The position numbers were made by a program, and so were the translations under genes. Source: the human T2T-CHM13v2.0 reference genome, Homo sapiens. From it: 64,000 bases of DNA. Positions within the stretch are counted from its first letter, which is position 1, and every line of letters starts with the position of its first letter. The stretch lies in assembly GCF_009914755.1 (NCBI RefSeq), contig NC_060947.1, one strand, 5' to 3'. Below the pieces are notes generated by a model, which had not been told where the DNA came from, searched no databases, and saw nothing but the letters and a program-made list of their open reading frames with translations. Below, piece after piece: positions 45,313 to 56,117 of the stretch.

Positions 45313-45742
45313 TGTGATGGTTAATACTGAGTGTCAACTTGATTGGATTGAGGGATACAGAGTATTAATCCTGGGTGTGTCTGTGTAGGTGTTGCCCAAA
45401 AGAGATTAACATTTGAGTCAGTGGGCTGGGGAAGGCAAATCCAGCCTTAATCTGGTGGGCAAAATCTAATCAGCTTCCAGGAAATACAAAGCAGGCAGAA
45501 AAACATGAAAAGGCAAGACGACCCTAGCCTCCTAGCCTACATGTGTCTCCTGTGCTGGATGCTTCCTTCTTTCAAACATTGGACTCCAAGTTCTTCAATT
45601 TTGCAACTTGGACTGGCTCTCCTTGCTCCTCAGCTTGCAGACAGCCTATTGTGGGACCTTGTGATTATGTAAGTTAATACTCAATAAACTCATATATATG
45701 TCCTATTAGTTCTGTCCCTCCCAGAGAACCTTGACTAATAAA
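45313..45742 (+). repeat. MLT2A (MLT2A1/A2) 5' LTR
   Basis: tgtgatggttaatactgagtgtcaacttgattggattg...aataaactc...gactaata. Confidence 0.93.
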
Positions 45743-45747
45743 GATTT

Positions 45748-45765
45748 TGGTACCAGAAGTGGGGT
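45748..45765 (+). promoter_or_regulatory. Primer-binding site, tRNA-Leu
   Basis: TGGTACCAGAAGTGGGGT just 3' of the 5' LTR, complementary to a tRNA-Leu(TAA) 3' end as recalled. Confidence 0.8.
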
Positions 45766-48700
45766 GATTCTAGAGGAACATAATATAAATGATGAAGTTT
45801 TTCCCTTGGTTTTGGGGTTTCTGAAGTTGGCTGCTTAATATGAGTAGACCCAAAAATGCTAAGGACTCTACTTTTAATAGCATGGAGAACACCAATATTC
45901 CTTGGCATGAACTATTTAGATAGTTACGCAAAATAAATGCATTTGACACTCCTGATTCACTGCTCATGAAAGGCAAGGAGTTTAGTGACTCTACACATAA
46001 TATCATTGGCCATATATGGAGAACCAAGGAACATAATGAATCTGGTTGTTGCTCCGAAGTTCAGTGGAAAAAATGATGAAACAAAATGATGAACTCAAGG
46101 ATTCTGTCTCCTGGCTTCAGAAGCAGATACTGAGCCTCAAATCTGCTAAGATTGCCCTGAGTGAGAGTCTTATCTCCTATTGAGAAAGAGCTGACAATGT
46201 AGAAAAATAGACACAAGTTCTTATCATGAAAGTGGTTGACCTGCAATGAAAGATGCATGGACTTCCTTGCCAGGTGTCTACTGTTAAAGTGAGGGCATTT
46301 ATTGGAAAATAATGGGGCCCTGCAACTTGGAATGGGGATGTGTGAGAAGACCCTGATGAAGCTGGGGACACTGTGTTTGTAAATTCTGATGAAGCTTTTT
46401 TGCCAGAAGGAACAGCTTTCCCATCTCCAGTAGTGGCAACATCCCCTCCCTGACCCATGCTGCCATCAGCCTTTCCACCTTTGTCTGAGGAGATAAACCC
46501 TGCACTGCCTGAGGTAACAGTGATGGCCTCCAGTGAGGCAGTTGCCAGACAGGATAATGTTGATTCTCCTCAGAAGCCACCCCCAACACCTCTGTTTGCT
46601 TCTAGACCTATCACTAGACTAAAGTCATGGTGGGCCCCTAGAGGTGAGGTTGAAAGTGTGACCCCTGAGGAGGTGTGCTACACTTGAAAACAACTGTCTG
46701 AGTTCTCCAAATTACATAAACAGAAATCTGGAGAACAGGAATGGGAATGGATACAAAGGGCATGGGATAATGGTGGAAGCAACATAGAATTGGATCAGGC
46801 AGAATTTATTGATTTGGGCCCACTAAGTAGGGACTCTGCACTTAATTTTGCAGCTCAGGGAGTTAAAAAAAGGTTTTAATAGTTTACTTGCTTGGTTAGC
46901 TGAAATATGGATTAAAAGATGGCCCACTGTGAGAGAGCTGGAAATGCCTGATCTCCCTTGGTTTAATGTAGAGGAAGGGATCCAAAGGCTTAGGAAGATT
47001 GGGATCGTAGATTGTATTCATCACTTTAGACCTGCTCATCGCACCTGGGAGGGTCCAGAAGATATACCCTTGACCCATGCCTTGTGAAATAGATTTATGA
47101 GAGCAGTACTTGCATTTTTGAAGAGCATTATAGTTGTCCTTTTCTGCATATTAGGTTCCCTAAAGGTGGGAACCACAATTACTCAGCTACAAAATTTAAA
47201 TACAATGGGAATAATTGGATCCTTAGGTGGCAGAGGCCAAGTGGCAGCACTCGACTGTCAAAGGCAAGGTGGGCATAGCTACCATAATGGACAAAAGAGG
47301 CAAAGCAGCAATCATGTAGAGCTCTGGCATTGGCTAATTAATCACAGTATTCCTAGAAGTGAAATTGATGGGAAGCTTACTGCATTCCCACTTAAATTAT
47401 ACAAACAGAAAACTTGTAGGTCGAATGGACAAAATACTAACTTGAATTATAAAAACAGAGAATCATGGCCCCTTAATCAATTTCCAGACTTGAGCCAGTT
47501 TACAGAACCAGAAGCTCTTGAATGAAGGGGAGGCCGGGTCCCCTTGAGGAAGGACCACACTACATTACCAACAATTTATGTAGTGAATCTTTCACCCATC
47601 TTTCCCCAAGGAGACCACTGGCCTTTTACCAGGGTAACTGTGCACTGGGGAAAGGGAAATGATCAGACGTTTGGGGACTAGTGGATACTGGCTCTGAGCT
47701 GATGTTGATTCCAGGCAACTCATAATGTCAATGTGGTCCTTCAGTTAAAGTAGGGGCTTATGGAGGTCAGGTAATTAATGGAGTTTTAGCTCAGGTCTGA
47801 CTTACAGTGGGTCCAATGAGTCACTGGACTCATCCTGTGGTCATTCACCCAGTGCCAGAATTCATAATTGGCATAGACATACTTAACAGCTGGCAGAACC
47901 CCCACATTGGCTCCCTGACTGGTAGGGTGAGGACTAATTATGGTGGGAGAGGCCAAATGGAAGCCATTAGAGCTGCCTCTACCTAGAAAATTGTAAATTA
48001 AAAACAATATCACATCCCTGGAGGGATTGCAGAGATTAGTGCCACCATTAAGGACTTGAAAGACACAGAGGTGGTGATTCCCACTACATCCCTGTTAAAT
48101 TCTCCCATTTGGCCTGTACAGAAGACAGATGGATCTTGGAGAATGACAGTGGATTACTGTAATCTTAACCAAGTGGTGACTCCAATTGCAGCTACTGTAC
48201 CAGATGTGGTTTGATTGCTTGAGCAAAATGACACATCACCTGGTACCTGGTATGCAACCATTGACTGCACAAATGCCTTTTTCTCCATTCCTGTTTATAA
48301 GCCCCACCAGAAGCAATTTGCCTTCAGCTGGCAAGGACAGCAATATACCTTTACTGTCCTACCACAGGGGTATCTCTACTCTCCGTCTTTGTCATAATAT
48401 TTTTGGAGAGCCCTTAGTCCCTTTTTGCTTCCAGAAGATATCACACTGGTCCATTACATTGATGACATTATGCTGATTGGATCCAGGGAGCAAGAAGTAG
48501 TAAACACATTGGAGACACTTGCATGCCAGAGGATGGGAAATAAATCTGACTAAAATTGAGGGATAGTCTACCTCAGTAAAATTTCTAGGGGTTCTGTGGT
48601 TTGGGGCCTGTTGAGATATTCTAAAGTAGAGAATAAATTGCTGTATTTGACCCTCCTACAACCAAGAAAGAGGCACAATGCCTAGTAGGGTTATTTGGAT

Positions 48701-51365
48701 TTTGGAGGCAATACATTCCTCATTTGGGTGTGTTACTCCAGACCATTTACTCAGTGACCCCCAAAGGCTGCCAGTTTTGGGTGGGGTCCAGAACAGAAGA
48801 AGGCTCTGCAACAGGTCCAGGCTGCTGTGCAAGTTGTCTGCCACTTGGCACATATGACCTAGCAGATCCAATGGTGCTTGAGGTTTCAGTGTCAGATAGG
48901 GATGCTGTTTGGAGCCCTTGGCAGGCTCCCATAGGGGAATCACAGAAAAGGCCTCTAAGATTTTGGAGCAAGAACCTGTCATCTTCTGCAGATAACTACT
49001 CTCCTTTTAAGAGACAGCTCTTGACCTGTTACTGGGCTTTGGTGGAAACTGAATGTTTGACTATGGGTCATCAAGTCACTATGCAACCTGTACTGCCTAT
49101 CATGAACTGGGTGCTTTCTGACCCATCTAGCCATAAAGTGGGTCATGCACAGCACCATTCCATCATCAAATGGAAGTTGTATATACATGATTGGGCACGC
49201 TTGAGCAGTCCTGGAGGCACAAGTAAATTACATGAGGAAGTAGCTTAAATGCCCATGGTCTTTTCACCCCAGCCACCCTGCCTTCTCTCCCCCAGCCTGC
49301 ACCAATGGCCTCATGTGGAGTTCCCTATGATCAGTTGACCGAGGAAGAGAAGAGAAGACTAGGGCCTGGTTCAGACAGTTCTGCACGATATGCAGGCACC
49401 ACCCAAAAGTGGACAGCTGCAGCACAACAGCCCATTTCTAGGACATCCCTGAAGGACCGTGGTGAAGGGAAATCTTCCCAGTGGGCAGAACTTTGAGCAG
49501 TGCACCTGGTTGTGCACTTTGCATGGAAGGAGAAATGGCCAGATATGCGATTATATACTGATTCATGAGGTGTAGCCAATGGTTTGGCTGGATGGTCAGG
49601 GACTTGCAAAAAGTATGATTGGAAAATTGGTGACAAAGAAATTTAGGAAAGGAGTTTGTGTATGGACCTCTCTCAGTGGTCAAAAACTGTGAAGATATTT
49701 GTATCCCATGTGAATGCTCACCAACAGGTGACCTCAGTGGAGGAGGAGTTTAATAATCAAGTGGATAGGATGACCCATTCTCTGGACACCACTCAGCCTC
49801 TTTCTCCAGCCACCGCTGTCATTGCCCAATGAGCCAATGAACAAAGAGGCCATGGTGGCAGAGATGGAGGTTATGCATGGGCTCAGCAACATGAACTTCC
49901 ACTCACCAGGGCTGACCTTGCTATGGCCACTGCTGGGTGCTCAGTTTTCCAGCAGCAGAGATCAACACCAAGCCCTTGATATAGCACCATTCCTTTGGGT
50001 AATCAGCCAGCTACCTGGTGGCAGATTAATTATATTGGACCTCTTCCATCATGGAAAGAACAAAGGTTTGCCCCCACAGGAATAGACACTTACTCCAGAT
50101 ATGGGTTTGCCTATCCTGCATGCAATGCTTCTGCCAAGATTACCATCCATGGACTCACGGAATGCCTTATCCACCATCACGGTATTCCACACAGCATTGC
50201 CTCTGATGAAAGCACTCTATGGCTAAAGAAGTGCAGCAGTGAGCTCAGGCTTATGGAATTCACTGGTCTTACCATGTTCCCCATCATCCTGAAGCAGCTG
50301 GATTGATAGAACGGTGGAATGGTCTTTTGAAGTCACAATTACAACACCAACTAGGTGACAATGCTCTGCCAGGCTGGGGCAAAGTTCTCCAGAAGGCCAT
50401 GTATGCTCTGAATCACCATCCAATATATGGTACTGTTTCTCTCGTAGCCAGGATTCATGGGTCCAGGAATCAAGGGGTGGAAGTGGAAGTGGCACCACTC
50501 ACCATCACCGCTAGTGAGCCACTAGCAAAATTTTTGCTTCCTGTTCCTGCAACATTACGTTCTGCTGGTCTAGAGGTCTTAGTTCCAAAGGGAGGAACGT
50601 TGCCACCAGGAGACACAACAACAATTCCATTGAACTGAAAGTTAAGTTCGGCACCTGGACACTTTGGGCTCTTCCTACCTTTAAGTTAACAGGTTAAGAA
50701 GGGAGTTACAGTGTTGGCTGGGGTGATTGATGCAGACTATCAAGATGAAATCAGTCTACTACTCCACAATAGAGGTAAGGAAGAGTATGCATGGAATACA
50801 GGAGATCCATTAGGGCGTCTTTTAGTATTACCATGCCCTGTGATTAAGGTCAATGGGAAACTATGACAGCTCAATCCAGGCAGGATTACAAATGATCCAG
50901 ACCCTTCAGGAATGAAGGTTTAGGTCACCCCACCAGGAAAAAAACCACAACCTGCTGAGGTGCTTGCTGAAGGCAACAGGAATACGGAATGGGTAGTAGA
51001 AGAAGGTAGTCATCGTTACCAGCTACAATTATGTACCGGCTGCAGAAACGAGGACTGTGTCATGAGTATTTCCTCCTTCTTTTGTTAAAAACATGTTTCT
51101 GCATGTATACACTTGTAATAAGAAAATATTTTGATTTTTTTCCTTTTCCTTTATCATGTAACATAAGATTTATTGACTCCATATCAGCATTTAAGTATTG
51201 TTAACTTTATGTAATAGTATTTGGGTTGGGAATTGGTGCCATTTTAGTTGTACGAAGGATAGCTGTATTATGTTAAGTGTAATTATGACCTCACTATTTT
51301 CTTTATTTGAAGATTATGTATGATCTCAGGACATGTCTATGGGGTCAAGTTGACAAGGGTGGACT

Positions 51366-51772
51366 TTTGATGGTTAATACTGAGTGTCAACTTGATTGGA
51401 TTGAGGAATATACAGTATTAATTCTGGGTGTGTCTGTGTGGGTGTTGCCCAAAAGTGATTAATATTTGAGTCAGTAGGCTGGGGAAGGCAGATCTACCCT
51501 TAATCTGGTGTGCAGAATCTAATCATCTGCCAGTGAATATAAAGCAGGCAGAAAAATGTGAAAGGCATGACTGGCCTAGCCTCCCAGCCTACATTTTCTC
51601 CCTTGCTGGATGCTCCCCGCTCTTGAATATTGGACTCCAATTTCTTCAGTTTTGGGACTTGGACTGGCTCTCCTTGCTCCTCAGCTTGCAGACAGCCTAT
51701 TGTGGGACCTTGTGATTGTGTAAGTTAATACTCAATAAACTCTCCTATTAGTTCTGTCCCTCTCAGAGAACT
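51366..51772 (+). repeat. MLT2A 3' LTR, last about 12 nt deleted
   Basis: Direct repeat of 45313-45730, preceded by purine tract acaagggtgga; about 10% divergent from the 5' LTR by manual count. Confidence 0.93.
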
Positions 51773-52384
51773 CCTAGAAGTACAGAGTAGAATAGTGATT
51801 ACTAGAAACTGGTGAATCAGGAGAGGAGTGGGAATGGAGAGAATTTGTTCAACTGGTACAAAGATAATGCTAGATAAGAGGAATAATTTCTGGTGTTATA
51901 TTGTGCAGTAGGGTGACTACAGTTAATAATAATGTACTATATATTTCAAAGTAGCTGGAAGAGAGAATCTTGAAATGTTATCATAACATTGAAATAAGCT
52001 AATCACCATGATATGATTGTTATATAATATATACATGTATTGAAACATCACACTGCACCCAATAAACTTGTACTATTATATCAGTTATAATAATTTAAAA
52101 ACTCATATTAAAAATCTTATAGATCTAGTTCTAAAAAAGCTGAAATGTAATATGCAATGTTCCTTATTTTTAAAAGACAAATGGTTACAATGTTTCTGTT
52201 TAGAATAAAAGTAGATCTGTACCTTAATATGACATTGCACAGGAGGTTTCAGATACATAGTAAGTAGATATTTTGGGATGGTGCATATTCAAAGTAAATG
52301 AAACTGCATAAAGAATGGTGCCTGGAATGAATTATCCTCCACTTGACACTTTCTTCTTCATTTCTCAATTTAAAACAACTGAGC

Positions 52385-52570
52385 GGCCATAGGTAAGAGC
52401 TCTGAAGAAAACACCGACTCAACTTGAATGCAGGTCCTACTATTACTACCTGTGAAACTTGGAAAGTAATTTACCCATTTCAAACATCACTTTCCTCACT
52501 TGTAAACTGAAGGCAATTACAGACCTGCATCCTAGGGTTATTATTAGAATTAAATGATTTAATACATGGG
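52385..52570 (+). mobile_element. MIR SINE
   Basis: ctgtgaaacttggaaagtaatttaccc...tttcctcacttgtaaa...agggttattattagaattaaatga. Confidence 0.75.
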
Positions 52571-53144
52571 TCTTTACACTATTATTTATATCTATGTTCT
52601 TTTTGTTCCTTTTTTAACATATGATCCATTAGCAACTTCAAAAATTATAGTAGAAGATTGATGGTATGAAGACATACCTCATTTTATTGGACTTCACTTT
52701 ATTGTGCTTCTCAGGTATTTCCTTTTTAACAAGTTGTGGCAACCCCACATTAAGCAATTGTTTCATCACTATATTTCTTATAGCATGTGCTCACTTTGTG
52801 CCTCTGTGTCACATTTTGGTAATTCTTGCAATACTGCAAATGGTTTCATTATTATTACATCTGTTATGGTGATCTGTGATCAGTGATCTTTGATGTCCTC
52901 TGTAATTGATTTGGAGCACCACAAACCATGCCCATGTAAAATGGTGAACTTAATAAACGTGTGTGTTCTCACTGGTCTACTGCTTGGCTATTTCTTAATC
53001 TCTCTCCCTCTCCTTGGGTCTCCCTATTCCCTGAGGCACAACAGTATTAATACCAGGCCAATTAATGACCCAACAATGGCTTGTAAGCATTTAAGTGAAA
53101 GGAAGAATCACACGTCTCTAGCTTTAAATCAAAAGCTAGAAATG

Positions 53145-53442
53145 GGCCAGGTGCCTTAGCTCACACATTTAATTACAACACTTTGGGAGGCCTAGGCGAG
53201 AGGATCATTTGAGCCTAGGAGTTTGAGACCAGCCTGGGAAATATAGCAAAACCTCATCTCTACAAAAAAATTAAAAAATTAGCTGAGCATACGGGTTCAT
53301 GCCTGTAGTCCCAGCTGCTAGGGAGGATGAAATAGGAGGATCACTTGGGCCCAGGGGGTCGAGGCTGCAGTGAGCCATGAGTGTGCCACTGCACTCCAAC
53401 CTGGGTTACACATCAAGACTCTGTGTGTTAAAAAAAGAGGAG
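53145..53442 (+). mobile_element. AluJ
   Basis: Diverged Alu (gaggatcatttgagcctaggagttt); TSD agaaatg at 53138-53144 and 53443-53449. Confidence 0.9.
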
Positions 53443-54626
53443 AGAAATGATTAAGCTTAGTGAAGCTTGTGGAAAACCTCTAAGATAGGCAAAAATCTAG
53501 GCCTCTTATGCCAAACAGTTATCCAGATCTTGAATGCAAAGAAAACGTTTTTGAGGAAAGTTAAAAATGCTACATCAGTGAACGTATAGATGATAAGAAA
53601 GCAAAACAGGCTTTTGCTGATGTGAAGAAAGTTTGTGTGGTCTGGCTAGATCAAATCAGCCACAACATTCCCTTAAGCCAAAGCCTAAACCAGAGCAAAG
53701 CCCTACCTCTCTTCAATTCTATGAAGGCTGAGAGAGGTAAGACGCTGCAGAAGAAAAGATGGAAGCTAGCCAAAGTCAGTTCATGAGGACTTAAGGAAAG
53801 AAGCTGTCTCCACAATATAAAACAGCGAGGTGAAGCAGCAAGTGCTGATTTAGAATGCAGCTAAGATAATTGAGGAAGTTGTTTGGTTACATTAAACAAC
53901 AGATTTTCAATGTAGATGAAACAGTCTCATAGGGGAAAAACATGCTGTCTAGAACTTTGTAGCTGGAGAGAAGTCAATGCCAGGCTTCAAAACGTCAAAA
54001 GACAGGCTGACTCTTTTGTTAGAGTCTAATGCAGTTGATGACTTCAGTTGAAACCAATGCTCATTTACCATTCTGAAAATCTTAAGGACCTTAAAAAATA
54101 TGCTAAATCTACTCTGCCTGTGCTATGCAAATGGCACAAAACTTGGACGACAGACTGCACGTTTGTTTACAGCACGGTTTACTGAATATTTTAAGCCCGC
54201 TATTGAAACCTACTGTTCAGAAAAAGAAGATTTCTTTCAATATATTACTGTTCATTGACAAAGCATCTGGTCACCCAAGAGCCGTGATGGAGATGTACAG
54301 GAGATTCATGTTGTTTTCATGACTGCTAACATAGCATCCATTCTGCAGCCCATGGATCAAGGAGCAATTTCGATGTTCAAGTCTCTTTTTCTAAGGAATA
54401 CATTTTGTAAGGCTATAGCGGCCACAGATAGTGATTCATCTGATGGATCAAAAAGCCCATTGAACACCTTCAGGAAAGGATTCACCATTCTAGTTGCCAT
54501 TAAGAACATTTGTGACTTACAAGAGGAGGTCAACATCAATAGGAGTTTGTAAAAAGTTGATTCCAGCCCTCAGGGATGACTGAGGTATTCAAAAGACTTC
54601 ATTGGAAGATGTAACTGCAGATGTAG

Positions 54627-54696
54627 TGAAGCTGCCTAGCTGTCTGGAGTAAATACTGAGGTTCTTGCTCTCACGGCCAAGGAAATTGAGGGTCGT

Positions 54697-54762
<66 letters not shown>

Positions 54763-55487
54763 GGAGATTGGAGCAGGAGTTTAATAGGCAAAAGAAAAGA
54801 ACCGCTCTCTGTCATAGAGAGGGGTCTGAAGTGGGTTACCAAGTTGTAGTAAAAATATCAGGGATTTTATAAGTGGACTAGTGAGGAGGGGGTGTCTTAT
54901 CTTCCTAAGGCCCAAAGATTTAGTTGGGACCAGGTGTGCTATCTTTTTAGAGCAGAGTTTTCTATCAGCTCTCACCCTGTTCCTTGATCATGTAGGCAGA
55001 CTCAGTCTGTCCTGCTCTGTGCTGTTTTTTGTTTGTTTGTATTTTTTTTTTCCTTATCTGGGAGGGAGAGTTTCTGTGCCTGTTCCCAGACATCTTCTTA
55101 CAGCTGCAGGCATCCCCCCTGTGTCTGCTTCTAGATTCCCTATCTTAGTGTGCCTGTGTCTGCTTCTAGATTCTCTATCTTAGTGGGCCTAAGGGGAAAG
55201 GAAAGTGCTTATTAAGGCGCACTGTTTTTCCTGGGGCTCATTGTATAAGTGTGAAGTTTGGTGCTCACCCAGGAGACTCCCCACTCCTTCCGTGCCCGAG
55301 TTGTTTATCTGTGTTTTACAGCCTGATCTTCCAGGCTGTCTTTTTCTGGAAGAGAAGTGATTTCTTTGAACTGCATGAGGTTAGAAAGGGAGCTATTTAT
55401 GCTTTTTGTTAGAAGGAAAGTTTTCTGCAGGGGACTCTTTTCACTTGAACTGTCTACCCAAATAATTTCTTTCTATCTTCTACAACT
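54627..55487 (-). repeat. ERV 3' LTR (about 860 bp) with (CA)n(GA)n microsatellite
   Basis: Ends match 62943-63127; purine tract at 55491-55500 on the - strand; microsatellite about 54699-54762. Confidence 0.88.
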
Positions 55488-55549
55488 TATTTCTCCTCTC
55501 AGGAATGGAATACCTAATGGCTGTTAGGGGGAATTGGGCGATGACTTCT

Positions 55550-56117
55550 TCAGGCTACTTTCTGCTGGAGGGAGGTGTTGTGTGGGGAACAGCAGCTAGG
55601 GCTCCTCCTGAGGTCGATCTCAGTGTCTCTGGTAGACGTAAATGGCATTTTCATTTTTGGCTCCATTTGCAGCACCATCTGAAGCTTGATGGCTTGTAGG
55701 TGAGAAGAGATAACCTTTACAAGGAGGTTTAGAATATAGGGTCCAAGGCCGGGCACGGTGCCTCACGCCTGTAATCCCAGCACTTTGGGAGCCGGAGGCA
55801 GGTGGATCGCGAGGTCAGAAGTTCAATACCACTCTGGCCAAGATGGTGAAACCCCATCTCTACTAAAACTACAAAAATTAGCAGAGTGTTGTGGTGGGTG
55901 CCTGTAATCCCAGCTACTTGGGAGGCTGAGGCAAATAACTGCTTGAACCCGGGAGGCAGAGGTTGCAGTGAGCCAAGATTGCACTACTGCACTCCAGCCT
56001 GGGCAACAGAGTGAGACTCCATCTCAAAAAAAAAAAAAAAAAAGGAATATAAGGTCCAAATGTGAGTATTAAGACTACCATTATTAGCGGGGCCACTGTA
56101 GGCCATAACCATGACAA
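55550..56117 (-). pseudogene. env transmembrane/cytoplasmic-tail remnant interrupted by an Alu
   Basis: [22 protein letters not shown] | LNLLVKVISSHLQAIKLQMVLQMEPKM resembles the HERV-W/ERV9 TM C-terminus. Confidence 0.8.
55747..56043 (+). mobile_element. AluS
   Basis: Full-length Alu; TSD agaatatagggtccaa 55731-55746 / ggaatataaggtccaa 56044-56059. Confidence 0.93.

Larger units (their letters stand above)
45313..51772 (+). mobile_element. HERV-L provirus (ERVL) with two MLT2A LTRs; gag-pro-pol-dUTPase, no env, all frames broken
   Basis: Protease LVDTGSEL about 47680; RT HYIDDIML about 48450; integrase WWQINYIGPLP and IERWNGLLK; dUTPase downstream of integrase (RSAGLEVL, GVIDADYQDEI). Confidence 0.96.
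42725..52100 (+). mobile_element. 5'-truncated old L1 (L1MA/MB type), split by a retrocopy and a provirus
   Basis: ORF2 3' remnants at 42725-43132 and 44326-45312; 3' UTR at 51772-52100; sequence is collinear across both insertions. Confidence 0.85.

Noticed and set aside
55550-56117. Syncytin-like captured env
   Set aside because: Only the TM tail remains and it is split by an Alu; no SU or fusion peptide
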